From the IMG/VR virus record IMGVR_UViG_3300045812_000062: DNA of 64,000 bases, one strand, 5' to 3'. Both the position numbers and the translations under genes were made by a program. Below are positions 1-9,304 of the stretch, in pieces. Every line of letters starts with the position of its first letter. Positions within the stretch are counted from its first letter, which is position 1. Source of the stretch: a virus. The notes below the pieces were generated by a model. The model was not told where the DNA came from, searched no databases, and saw only the letters and a program-made list of their open reading frames with translations.

Positions 1-264
1 TGTTGGATTTACCTTCGTGGATAACAAACGCTACGAAATGGATTTGTCTGGCATTTCAGCAAAGTGCGCCCAGCACGAAATCGATCATCTTAACGGAATT
101 CTTATCTGTGATCGAGGTCCAGAATACGTTCCAGAGCCTGCGGTCGAAATGGCAACTCCAATCGCAAAATAAGACAATCAGTGTTTCAGAGATCAAAAAG
201 CCCGCAATCGCGGGCTAATTTTTTAATTTGAAAACGTTTGGATAAGTGTTCAGTAACGATCAAA

Positions 265-855
265 CTAGATAGCACCATCACTAAGTTCTTCCGCCACTTT
301 CTCATTTCTGGCTTTTGCACAAATCAAAACCTCCAGGAGATCAAGTATATTAGTCAAAAAATCGAGACTAACACTTACCGTAGATGGCCCTACCGATTTG
401 TCATTGGGAACAACGTATGTGAGTAAACCACGATTTACAAAATTATTAAATTCGTTAAAAAACAAACGCTGAGCAGTTTGCAGATTGTAATTATCAATCC
501 TTAATTTTGAGCAGACCGCAACATAAGTTCTGATCATGGTCTTTACTGGAATATTTACGGCCGCATCTTTCGTTGTTGCATTTGAAAGCAGACATATTTC
601 TGACAATTCGATTTGTCTATTTTCAAGTTCTTCATCAACTGCATCTGCTTTATAAGCAAGAACTTGCTTCCACTGAACAATAGAGCCTTTTTCAGATTGT
701 TTCCACGACAAAGATTGACGATCTTCGATATCATTCTGTAGCAAGAAATGAACGCGGGTTAGGCCTCCACAAATTGATATATGATTCCAGCCAACAATAG
801 AGAACTCATTGCTATTTTGAGACGATTCCAACATTGTTTGATCCTTTTTTATCAC
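265..855 (-). CDS. hypothetical protein
   Basis: 196-aa ORF co-oriented with the next three ORFs; no recognisable motif. Confidence 0.5.
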   Translation of the reverse strand: MIKKDQTMLESSQNSNEFSIVGWNHISICGGLTRVHFLLQNDIEDRQSLSWKQSEKGSIVQWKQVLAYKADAVDEELENRQIELSEICLLSNATTKDAAVNIPVKTMIRTYVAVCSKLRIDNYNLQTAQRLFFNEFNNFVNRGLLTYVVPNDKSVGPSTVSVSLDFLTNILDLLEVLICAKARNEKVAEELSDGAI

Positions 856-904
856 TCAAAAATTAATCCAGCCAAGGCATATAATTATGAACTATATCAA
901 TACT

Positions 905-1678
905 TTATGGATCTACTCCTTCTATACTTACATAAGTTGCACGCGCATTTCTTAGATGGCTTCCTAGAATATAGAATTCATGTCCAGCGGCAGGATTGTA
1001 AACTGTTTCATCATATTCTGACAAAGACACACCAAATAATTGCCCAGCTTTCGCAAATGGCTTAAGAGCCTTCGCTGCATTTATAATTTTTTTATCTACA
1101 GACTTCAGGTGCGCGACAAGCAGATTTAGCTGGATTGCATCATCGCTTTTGCCTGCATCTTCCATCCCCATTGCCAAGCTACGAACCCAACTTTCCCAAT
1201 CGATATCCCTCTCGAACTGGATAATGGATTTATAACACTGCTTGTAGAAGCCAACGGCTATCTCTATGTTATCGCGAGCAGATTTATCTGAATGAGTTGA
1301 TATCAAGTCACTGAGGTTTGAAATCGCATTATGACTGGATGCATGCTTCCCAAGTTCCAGCAAATTTCTCATGTGACCGATATTAACAAGCACGAATTCA
1401 TTATCCGATTTGTACTTAATGGCCTCAAAAATGTTCAATGATGCGAACAAGATATCGAATGGATATAAATCTTCCTCACACTCGTTTTCAACTAGATTTT
1501 CCTGATCACATTCATATCCGTATATGGGTTCCCATCTGATTTTGTCAGCGTACTCTTGCGTGTAACCTAGATCAGGTTTTTCCATAGAATAGATCGTCTT
1601 CCATTCATCTGAAACAGTTGATTTCCATCGCCAACCAACTTGAACCAAACCCACTGCAGGTTTCGTGTTTTCATTCAT
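905..1678 (-). CDS. hypothetical phage-like protein
   Basis: Long ORF; likely start MNENTKP at 1678 overlaps the stop of 1671-2339. Confidence 0.65.
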   Translation of the reverse strand: MNENTKPAVGLVQVGWRWKSTVSDEWKTIYSMEKPDLGYTQEYADKIRWEPIYGYECDQENLVENECEEDLYPFDILFASLNIFEAIKYKSDNEFVLVNIGHMRNLLELGKHASSHNAISNLSDLISTHSDKSARDNIEIAVGFYKQCYKSIIQFERDIDWESWVRSLAMGMEDAGKSDDAIQLNLLVAHLKSVDKKIINAAKALKPFAKAGQLFGVSLSEYDETVYNPAAGHEFYILGSHLRNARATYVSIEGVDP

Positions 1679-2339
1679 TTTTGTTCCCCCGTGTAGAAAT
1701 ATTCTGCCCATCCACAAGCGCTTTGTTAATAGTCTCTTTGAGATTATTAAACACCTCAGACATAACATCAGCTACTTCACCACGAACAATATTACCGCTC
1801 GGCAAATATAGCGCTGCGCCATCCTCATCATCGCTGTCCAAAGAGCTCGCAATCAATTGTTGATAATCACGAAGGGTCTTAGCGTAAAATTCAGATCGTT
1901 TAATATATGTTCTGCAGTCCTTCAAAACTTCGATCATCTCTGATTGATGTGAGATTGACTCATTTTCAAGCTTAGCTACCAACGTTTGGAGCCGCTCGAA
2001 TTCTTCTTTGGAGCCACCAATCTTACGACAAGAGGCCACGGTTGCAACCTGACGCAACAGTCCAACGCTGATCTCGATGGCCTCGGTATCTTCCTTGTCT
2101 TTATTGGCTTCGAGGAGTGTATGAACGACTTCGACGGAATCAACGAGATTCCGCTTTGCGACATCTTCATTAATATCGTACACGGCCTCGATTTCGATCT
2201 TCATGCCCTGTGTTGTTGCATGATCGACGATGTGTGTTGGCTTTTCTGGTTTATTCCAGAGCTTCCAGAAGCTATCCCCGGACACCTTATAAATCCACCC
2301 AACGATTTTGAGAATATGCGGAGTATTAATAGCGGTCAA
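1671..2339 (-). CDS. hypothetical protein (coiled coil)
   Basis: 222-aa ORF with RBS-like AAGGGG upstream. Confidence 0.65.
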   Translation of the reverse strand: MTAINTPHILKIVGWIYKVSGDSFWKLWNKPEKPTHIVDHATTQGMKIEIEAVYDINEDVAKRNLVDSVEVVHTLLEANKDKEDTEAIEISVGLLRQVATVASCRKIGGSKEEFERLQTLVAKLENESISHQSEMIEVLKDCRTYIKRSEFYAKTLRDYQQLIASSLDSDDEDGAALYLPSGNIVRGEVADVMSEVFNNLKETINKALVDGQNISTRGNKNE

Positions 2340-2413
2340 CGGTTGCTTCCCCTTTTATTTAAATAACTATGGTTGAGCTATTTAAATTTTCAACTACGAT
2401 TTATGTTTAAATA

Positions 2414-2878
2414 TTATTTTTCCTTACAGGAATTTTGAATATCCTTCAATGCGAAATTTCGCTTTTCTCCTGTCTCTGTATCGATACCTACCAAAAACCA
2501 CTGTGGTTCCGGATGCCATTCATTGGAGCCATAATCATATCCAATCGGGCGAACATGACGTTCACGTGTTTCTCCTCGCCAGTTCTTATAAATAAAGCGA
2601 ATATCTGGCGCTGTGGCCACTTCACTTGATGGAATATGGACGCCAAGCGCATCTGCAATTTCCCCAACAGCTTCAAATTCCATACGACGCCATTCAATGG
2701 GGTTTAATCCGATCCGCTGCTGGCCAGCTTGTTCAATGCGAGCGCTCGCATGTGAAAATTTTGCGCGGGCTTTATTTAATGGCGATTCTGATCGCAGTAA
2801 TTCCATTACTTCGTGGTCATCTAATTTATTGGTCACATTTACTGCCTTTTTTATTCCAGTGTGCATATATAAAGTCAC
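2414..2878 (-). CDS. WYL-domain protein
   Basis: C-terminal IRFIYKNWRGETRERHVRP...QWFLVGIDTETGEKRNFALKDI matches the WYL pattern. Confidence 0.75.
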   Translation of the reverse strand: MTLYMHTGIKKAVNVTNKLDDHEVMELLRSESPLNKARAKFSHASARIEQAGQQRIGLNPIEWRRMEFEAVGEIADALGVHIPSSEVATAPDIRFIYKNWRGETRERHVRPIGYDYGSNEWHPEPQWFLVGIDTETGEKRNFALKDIQNSCKEK

Positions 2879-3298
2879 GACAAAAAGCCTAATGTCCAGC
2901 GCAATTCCACATTATGTATCCGCTATTGATTTGATCAGATGCATCATTGATGAGTTTGATAGCGCGAATCCTGGTGTCGACTGTCGATACACCGCAAGAT
3001 GTCGGATAACCAAAAGATCAATAATCGTATTGCCTTACACGCAGATTTACATTGTCTCTTTCATTTTTGATCGATTCATGCTCTTTATGAACTGCGTTGA
3101 ACACTGCCCCGTTCTTCGTATAGACGGCCTCCCACCCCCGCTTTCTGGAGGCCGTCTTTTCATTTTATTATCCAGTTAATTGTATTCATCCGGCTAGGTG
3201 GCGTCTTATTTATTGACTTTTTATTTGTGAACTGCAAAAAGGAAATTAATAATTAAAGTGTGGCTCGATGCGCTTTGATTTCTAGAAAAGGTTTCATC

Positions 3299-3811
3299 AT
3301 GACAAATAGAATTGTATTCGACGGTGAATTGGAACCTGGCATGTTTCCAGATTCAGATATCGTTTTTGTTTCCGGTGCTGATTGCAATTACCGCTCAATG
3401 TCTCGTCAGAATATTGGTGATGTTGTTGTATTCGACGACAGCGATGCATCCGACCATCATAACGACAAACCAATTTCAGTTGATCCTCACGAGATGCAAA
3501 TCATTATTAATCACGATGAAGAAACTGAGAAAAATGTCAACGATTTTAATGCGATGTTACGACGTGAAAGCGATGATCGTGAGCGGCGCAGAAACAGTGG
3601 TTTAAACGCTGCTGCATTGGCAACGCTCGTGGCTTCGTTGTCTGTTTCATCACATCGGGGCCATGAACCCTACAGATGGAGGCAAAAATCCATCTACAAA
3701 CCGACAGAGCCGGATCACGAAGCACATTTGAGTGCGGCCGAGATCAAGCGAAAGCGGAAATCTGAAAAACTACGGAAGATTGCAGACAGAACACAAGGGA
3801 AGGGCGCTTAA
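3299..3811 (+). CDS. hypothetical protein
   Basis: ORF starting MTNRIV, first of a tightly packed plus-strand run. Confidence 0.6.
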   Translation: MTNRIVFDGELEPGMFPDSDIVFVSGADCNYRSMSRQNIGDVVVFDDSDASDHHNDKPISVDPHEMQIIINHDEETEKNVNDFNAMLRRESDDRERRRNSGLNAAALATLVASLSVSSHRGHEPYRWRQKSIYKPTEPDHEAHLSAAEIKRKRKSEKLRKIADRTQGKGA

Positions 3812-3812
3812 C

Positions 3813-4514
3813 ATGACTGACACATTGAAATCAAAGATGCTGGCACCTGTGGACATCTACAAAGTTCTCAAGTCTGCACATGACAACGGTCGTCTGGAAG
3901 ACAACCTTGCTCAGATCGCCCGTGAAATCGCACGGCTTGATCCTGCCTATGTTGCTTTCGCTGCCCGTAATGATGCGAAGACCCTGAAGGAAATGGTCGA
4001 AGAAGCATGTACGTTCGGAGTATCCGAGCAACCTGCCGATATCGCAACCAGCGGCGTTGAAATCCGCAAACTGGAGTGGGTTCTTGAAAACGAATTTTGG
4101 AAATGTACGACACACACTGATTATAACATTGAATGCTGGTGGGAGGTGGATGTCATCAAGACGCCGCGTGATTACAATGATCCTCATTACTTCGTGATCA
4201 ATGATGACGACGATGAGCGTTATGAAACTATCGAAGAGGCTATGGATGCCGCTCAAACGATTTACGAGACTGTGGCAAATTCGTATTTCATTACACGACT
4301 ACCAGCTCAATCCGACGACGAAAAGTTCAAAGCGGGCCGCAAAAAGGGTCTGGTTGAAGGCGCAAAAATTGCTGGAGATTTCGTCTATAACCTATACGAC
4401 AATGATGGTGTTGTAACGAGCCATGATTATGAAAAGGTTAGGGACCAAATTCTGCAACAGATCGAGCAATCGACGCATGAGGATACGGAAGATGCCGCGC
4501 CTTCGCCGCGATAA
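3813..4514 (+). CDS. hypothetical phage-like protein with acidic/Pro C-terminal tail
   Basis: ATG 1 nt after upstream stop; ends EDTEDAAPSPR. Confidence 0.7.
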   Translation: MTDTLKSKMLAPVDIYKVLKSAHDNGRLEDNLAQIAREIARLDPAYVAFAARNDAKTLKEMVEEACTFGVSEQPADIATSGVEIRKLEWVLENEFWKCTTHTDYNIECWWEVDVIKTPRDYNDPHYFVINDDDDERYETIEEAMDAAQTIYETVANSYFITRLPAQSDDEKFKAGRKKGLVEGAKIAGDFVYNLYDNDGVVTSHDYEKVRDQILQQIEQSTHEDTEDAAPSPR

Positions 4515-4875
4515 GATTACGTACGAGCAGGCCCGAGCTGACCACGATTACCTGTGGCAGACCTACGGGCCTGCTTATGATATGACAGGCGCATATGATG
4601 AAGATCGCGACATGGAAATGCTGTTGCGTAACCCCTCCAAGAAAACTGCGATTGACTGTTACTGCAGTCGTATTCGGTACTGGATGGAGGTCGGACCTCA
4701 AGTGAATTCTTCGACTGGCGAAATTTCTGGAGGCGATATCGACTGGCTCGATTTCAAGGTGATCGATATTGCCGTCCGTCATGGTTTTATTTCTGAAGAA
4801 GATTCCATGGATGCGGATTTTCTCACCGATCTTTATCAACGCAAAAGCACTCTGCTCAGGAACAAAAAGGATTGA
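4423..4875 (+). CDS. hypothetical protein (true start probably downstream of 4423)
   Basis: Fills gap between coupled ORFs; start uncertain. Confidence 0.6.
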   Translation: MIMKRLGTKFCNRSSNRRMRIRKMPRLRRDKITYEQARADHDYLWQTYGPAYDMTGAYDEDRDMEMLLRNPSKKTAIDCYCSRIRYWMEVGPQVNSSTGEISGGDIDWLDFKVIDIAVRHGFISEEDSMDADFLTDLYQRKSTLLRNKKD

Positions 4876-4877
4876 TT

Positions 4878-5264
4878 ATGTCTTATAAAATCGAAAAGGC
4901 CAAAAAAGAATTGCGATCCGCTCTTAAAGACGCTGGCGTACATGGTCCTGGTGGCAAAATCCTCAACGCGGTCAATAAAGTAGTTGAAGCTCACCTGGAA
5001 GGCTATTTAAGGGCTGAAGATGTCGATGCTGCGCTCGCAGATAAAAATGCTGAAATCTCTCGTCTAAAGACGCGTTTGTATGCGCTTGAATTTCTTGAAC
5101 CACTTAACGATGATCAAGAAGAATTCTTAAATAAAATTCGGCCTCTGAATGAAATCATCGACGCGCTTTACGAGCATCGCATTGATGCTAAAACCGCAGA
5201 TGAAATGTGCCGAGCGCTACACCCGTCAGATCAAACAGAAACTTTAACGACGGGGTTTAAATAA
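4878..5264 (+). CDS. hypothetical protein carrying NKIRPLNEIIDALY motif shared with 42182-43876
   Basis: AAGGA RBS; 20/26 aa identity to a segment of the 564-aa coiled-coil protein. Confidence 0.75.
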   Translation: MSYKIEKAKKELRSALKDAGVHGPGGKILNAVNKVVEAHLEGYLRAEDVDAALADKNAEISRLKTRLYALEFLEPLNDDQEEFLNKIRPLNEIIDALYEHRIDAKTADEMCRALHPSDQTETLTTGFK

Positions 5265-5265
5265 T

Positions 5266-6393
5266 ATGAAAGAACTCGAACCTAACACCGATGAAACTGA
5301 AGCCAAGGCAGCAGCGCAGTACGACTACGGGAAGCGCATCGATTCCAATTCTTGTGATGAGAGACTGCCTGGTCTAGAACTGCTCAAATCTATCAAGGAG
5401 TGGAGCCGATTGCATGATCTAAATGAATCCGTGATCGCGCAAAAAGGAACTCCAAGCGACAGCGAAATCGACTTCGAAGTTGAGGCATGGACAAGGATTA
5501 AGAACCTGACTTCTGACATCGATGTGGCTATTGCCGCCAAGGTCGCGGAAGCCAAATCCGATCTAAAATCCCGCTTTGTCGCGCTCTGTAAAGATTACGC
5601 CGAAGATGCAGAACCTGCGACCTCATATCGACAGGCAATGGAAGATTTGATTGATGCACTGGAAAACGGCGATGAAAATCTGATGCAGCCAGAACCATTC
5701 GAGGCACTATTCGTCGAGAACGACCTGGTAGCCGAACTTGCAGAGTTCTTATTCCAATCTGAATACCAGGACGATGCGAAAAAACTGGCCTATCCTAAGA
5801 AGCATTTTGAACGCATGGCAACCGAAGTTTTGGCCTATTTCAAAGATAACAATCCAGATGCAGACGCTTATCGGGAAAAGTTCCTGATTGCTGACGAGCG
5901 AGCTGTTAAATGGCGGGATCACTTTCAGTCGTTAAAGATGCTGGGACATGATGCAGCAACAAAAATGAACATTGATGACTGCAAGGTGTATCATGTCTAT
6001 GATCCGAATTTTACAGGAAATGGAATTGTAGTCAGCCACACCAACCTATTGAAAGCTATCGAGGATGCCCGAGACATCCTTGATGACTATCGTAAAGATG
6101 CCGTCAATGAAGGTGAGTGGCCCAACGAAGTAGAAGACATCAAAGTCATTTTGGCAGCATCTGCAAACGATTGTGAAGACGCTGGAGTTGTCGTTGCGAA
6201 GGCAACGGCACTCTCTGATCACAATGACGATGCCGAATATTTCATCACATTGACTGACGACGCATTCAATCAAGAACCGAATGAAATCAATACGTATCTC
6301 ATCGCAAAACACCTACAGCTAGCATGCTTTGATGAATCTAAAGCCAGCTTTACGGCTGAGGTGCTTTCGCGCACAGGTTTTGGATTGATTTGA
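5266..6393 (+). CDS. hypothetical phage-like protein
   Basis: 375-aa ORF, coupled to upstream gene. Confidence 0.7.
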   Translation: MKELEPNTDETEAKAAAQYDYGKRIDSNSCDERLPGLELLKSIKEWSRLHDLNESVIAQKGTPSDSEIDFEVEAWTRIKNLTSDIDVAIAAKVAEAKSDLKSRFVALCKDYAEDAEPATSYRQAMEDLIDALENGDENLMQPEPFEALFVENDLVAELAEFLFQSEYQDDAKKLAYPKKHFERMATEVLAYFKDNNPDADAYREKFLIADERAVKWRDHFQSLKMLGHDAATKMNIDDCKVYHVYDPNFTGNGIVVSHTNLLKAIEDARDILDDYRKDAVNEGEWPNEVEDIKVILAASANDCEDAGVVVAKATALSDHNDDAEYFITLTDDAFNQEPNEINTYLIAKHLQLACFDESKASFTAEVLSRTGFGLI

Positions 6394-6487
6394 GCCTACG
6401 TATTAGAAAGTATGGGTCTACTTGAAACTCAAATAGGCCCAACCTTACTACCAGCAAACACCAACCACAATCTAAAGTTTTAGCCTG

Positions 6488-6517
6488 TTGACACCACCTA
6501 CCGTTCACGAGTATCGT
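6488..6517 (+). promoter_or_regulatory. putative sigma70 promoter
   Basis: TTGACA-N18-TATCGT upstream of ORF at 6548. Confidence 0.45.
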
Positions 6518-6547
6518 TCCCGTCCACAAAAGGGTTGGGGACATTCG

Positions 6548-6808
6548 ATGAAGCTCACGGTAACAAACGTTGTGCTAACTGATGGACTTATAAAACACGG
6601 ACAACAGCTAAGCGGCCAAGCTACTTTTTCAGACGGAAAGCATTATGATTTCATAATTGGACCGAGAAATATTTACATCCGTTTTGTCGTTTTCACTCAT
6701 AAAAATGGCGAATGGCATTCCAAAGGGTTTCATTCTTCAAAAAGGGAATATCCATTACTGGAATGGCTCAAATGCAATGAAGAGATCGATACAAGAATGC
6801 GAGCATAA
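6548..6808 (+). CDS. hypothetical protein
   Basis: ATG with GGGA RBS downstream of putative promoter; 86 aa. Confidence 0.55.
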   Translation: MKLTVTNVVLTDGLIKHGQQLSGQATFSDGKHYDFIIGPRNIYIRFVVFTHKNGEWHSKGFHSSKREYPLLEWLKCNEEIDTRMRA

Positions 6809-6830
6809 TCATATCGATCTCGTATCATTA

Positions 6831-7247
6831 TTAATCGTCGCGATAAACCTTTTCACGACGCTCATGGCGTTCCTGTGCTTCTATGGAAAGCGTTGCGATG
6901 GGACGCGCATCCAGTCTTCTTACACTGATTGGATCGCCAGTTTCTTCGCAGAATCCGTATGTTCCATCTTCAATGCGCGCAAGTGCATCATCAATTTTGG
7001 CAATCAGTTTTCTTTGCCTGTCACGTGCACGCAGTTCGATTGCCCTGTCAGCTTCAGATGATGCACGATCTGCTACGTCTGGCTGATGGATATTACTTTC
7101 CTGCAGAATTTCTAACGTGTCTCTCGCTTCACGCAGAATCTCATTTTTCCACGTTATCAGTTTTGTACGAAAGTAAGCCTGCTGCCGCTCATTCATGAAC
7201 GGCTCCTCGTCAGTAGGCTTGTAAGCCCCATCGTTCAATTCACTCAT
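6831..7247 (-). CDS. dksA: RNA polymerase-binding transcription factor DksA (alphaproteobacterial, zinc-free type)
   Basis: EEPFMNERQQAYFR N-terminus, DxxDxA tip (DVADRASSE), GTYGFCEETGDPI..RRL.ARPIATLSIEAQE; GAGG RBS. Confidence 0.95.
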   Translation of the reverse strand: MSELNDGAYKPTDEEPFMNERQQAYFRTKLITWKNEILREARDTLEILQESNIHQPDVADRASSEADRAIELRARDRQRKLIAKIDDALARIEDGTYGFCEETGDPISVRRLDARPIATLSIEAQERHERREKVYRDD

Positions 7248-7273
7248 TCAAAATCCTCAGTGATTGGCGATAC

Positions 7274-7309
7274 GGGCGGGTCTATAGACAGATCCCACTT
7301 GAAATACAA
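7274..7309 (-). promoter_or_regulatory. putative dksA promoter with GC-rich discriminator
   Basis: Minus strand TTGTAT-N17-TATAGA followed by CCCGCCC. Confidence 0.5.
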
Positions 7310-7361
7310 CCTAGAAAGCGCCTGTTGGTAATTTTGATATTAAGGCAAGATTTGCAATTTG

Positions 7362-7928
7362 TATCTATGCCGCCTGTTCGGCGGTAAACTATCACGATGA
7401 TACGTAAACCGACTACCCAGTATTCAGAGCCGCCTATGCGGCGGTAAACGTGACTATTGCAGGGTCTCAAACGCGCTGCAAATTCAGAGCCGCCTGTGCG
7501 GCGGTAAACGTATCCTGTTTGTCGATGAATTTGACAGTGCTATTCAGAGCCGCCAGAAGGCGGTAAACGAAACGAGAGATACCTATCTCGTTGGTGTGAT
7601 ATTCAGAGCCGCCTGTGCGGCGGTAAACTTACCTGGTCCTGCCTGGTCGTCGTTTTTTTTATTCAGAGCCGCCTGTGCGGCGGTAAACTCAATACCCTCC
7701 ATTTCTCTGCATGCTGTAGAATTCAGAGCCGCCTGTGCGGCGGTAAACGATATCTGATCAATGTGCGGGACTGCGCACCTATTCAGAGCCGCCTGTGCGG
7801 CGGTAAACGGAATTTGGGATTTGAATGACAACGACGAATAATTCAGAGCCGCCTGTGCGGCGGTAAACATGCCGACCGGGCATTTCAGTCTCGATATGCT
7901 ATTCAGAGCCGCCTGTGCGGCGGTAAAC
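7362..7928 (-). CRISPR. type I-F-like CRISPR array, 10 repeats / 9 spacers, no cas genes in window
   Basis: 28-bp repeat GTTTACCGCCGCACAGGCGGCTCTGAAT (minus strand) at 7422, 7482, 7601, 7661, 7721, 7781, 7841, 7901; 27-bp variant at 7542; degenerate terminal repeat at 7362; all spacers 32 bp; 5-bp hairpin CCGCC/GGCGG as in I-F repeats. Confidence 0.97.
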
Positions 7929-8150
7929 TCTCCCGAAAAGGGAGATAATGTAGGTGTGGCAATGATTTCAAAGAACATTGGGTTAAAACCACGATTTTTT
8001 AAGGTACAATAAAACCCAGCAAATTCAAGGCTTATTTTTAATTGCAAAAAATCGGGGTCTGAACCTAATTTCACAATTTAAAATATCATAGACATTAAAC
8101 TTTCAATATCACTAATATTTGTGTAACCATTTTGGATAGAACGATGCCAA
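7929..8150 (-). promoter_or_regulatory. CRISPR leader
   Basis: AT-rich non-coding stretch next to the perfect repeats, opposite the degenerate terminal repeat. Confidence 0.55.
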
Positions 8151-8621
8151 ATTAATAATGAAGGGTTCCCATAAAAAATGACGATCTATTCGATATTTCA
8201 CTCATCACGATTGGTCGACATTCAGGTGTTCGCAAAAAACCTTCTCAGCCGTGAAACCTGGGACGTCTTTGGCCGTATTTAATCTCGCGATCTGTGCTCG
8301 ATTGCTATTTTTGTCGATATAAAATTCAAAAAATGTTTATTTACACACAAAAAAGGTACGAGTTGATGGGTAAAAATGCTCAATATTATGCTGATCGAAT
8401 ACAGGCAAGAGAAGCCGCTTACAAATATTTGAATAATCCGTTCCCTGAAGATACTCGCAAAGCCCGTTTTTATGCAAAAGAAAAGGTTCATAAACGTGCC
8501 ATGGATTCATATTTTGATGATATGGAAGAAATTTATGGATCAATTGGCATAAAAAAAGTATCATTGATAACATCCCGAATTCGTTCACTCCGAAGCGAAA
8601 CAAAAAAGAAATGCAACATAC

Positions 8622-9236
8622 ATGAGCAGACCTTGGAACAAACAGACTTCAGCAACGCATCTAGAACCCATTATTCTTGGTCAGTTTGACAACTTTGATC
8701 AATGGGTATCATTTGCAGAACAGGCGTTGACGAGCATCACGGATAATCGTGGCCGCCCACTCAAGGCTATCTGTATCGACGATATTGGCCGCAGATGTAA
8801 CATTGGTGCAGATTTTATGCGCGCCCGAGATGAAAACACGTTCCCAGTACGCTATTTCACTGAAATGAAAGAGCGTACCTTGTCAGAATTTTTGCAGCAT
8901 GACATTGAAGTTGTTGCACATCGCTATGTTTATAATGAGCCTCTCAATATTCGAGGTCAGATACAGCAGGTGCCGCAACGAGGAATTGTTCACGGATGTG
9001 AGCCAATGCACCACAATGGATATCCTGTTTCAGACGTCGAAGGTTTGTATGCAAAGGGGCAGGTCGACAAAGTGATCGCCAGTCTTCAGACGGACTTGGA
9101 TGAAATGCAGTCTGGTTTCAGGCACCTTTCAGCGATGGCCGTTGAAGGTAAACGAATTTCGGATGCAAAGCTGGAATTTGCAAATAAGCGCATTGCCGAA
9201 TTGGAAAATCAGTTAGCAGCAAAATCCCAAAGCTAG
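8622..9236 (+). CDS. hypothetical phage-like protein
   Basis: 204-aa ORF with C-terminal coiled coil. Confidence 0.65.
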   Translation: MSRPWNKQTSATHLEPIILGQFDNFDQWVSFAEQALTSITDNRGRPLKAICIDDIGRRCNIGADFMRARDENTFPVRYFTEMKERTLSEFLQHDIEVVAHRYVYNEPLNIRGQIQQVPQRGIVHGCEPMHHNGYPVSDVEGLYAKGQVDKVIASLQTDLDEMQSGFRHLSAMAVEGKRISDAKLEFANKRIAELENQLAAKSQS

Positions 9237-9304
9237 TTAAGCTATCACTTTCAGCACAAACCTTTCGCTGACATTCGAGCGCAATACGATACTTATGGTG
9301 GATT

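Noticed and set aside
7390-7900. Self-targeting CRISPR spacers
   Set aside because: No match within the window was seen by eye; an exhaustive alignment was not possible, so no claim is made.
8000-8060. IHF site in the CRISPR leader
   Set aside because: Best candidate ATTCAAGGCTTAT fits WATCAANNNNTTR poorly.
7583-8074. 163-aa ORF with repeated FTAAQAALN
   Set aside because: Artefact of translating the 60-bp-period CRISPR array in frame.
8294-8689. 131-aa ORF after the CRISPR leader
   Set aside because: Plausible from MGKNAQ but very AT-rich, no clear RBS and it overlaps the next ORF; not supported enough to list.
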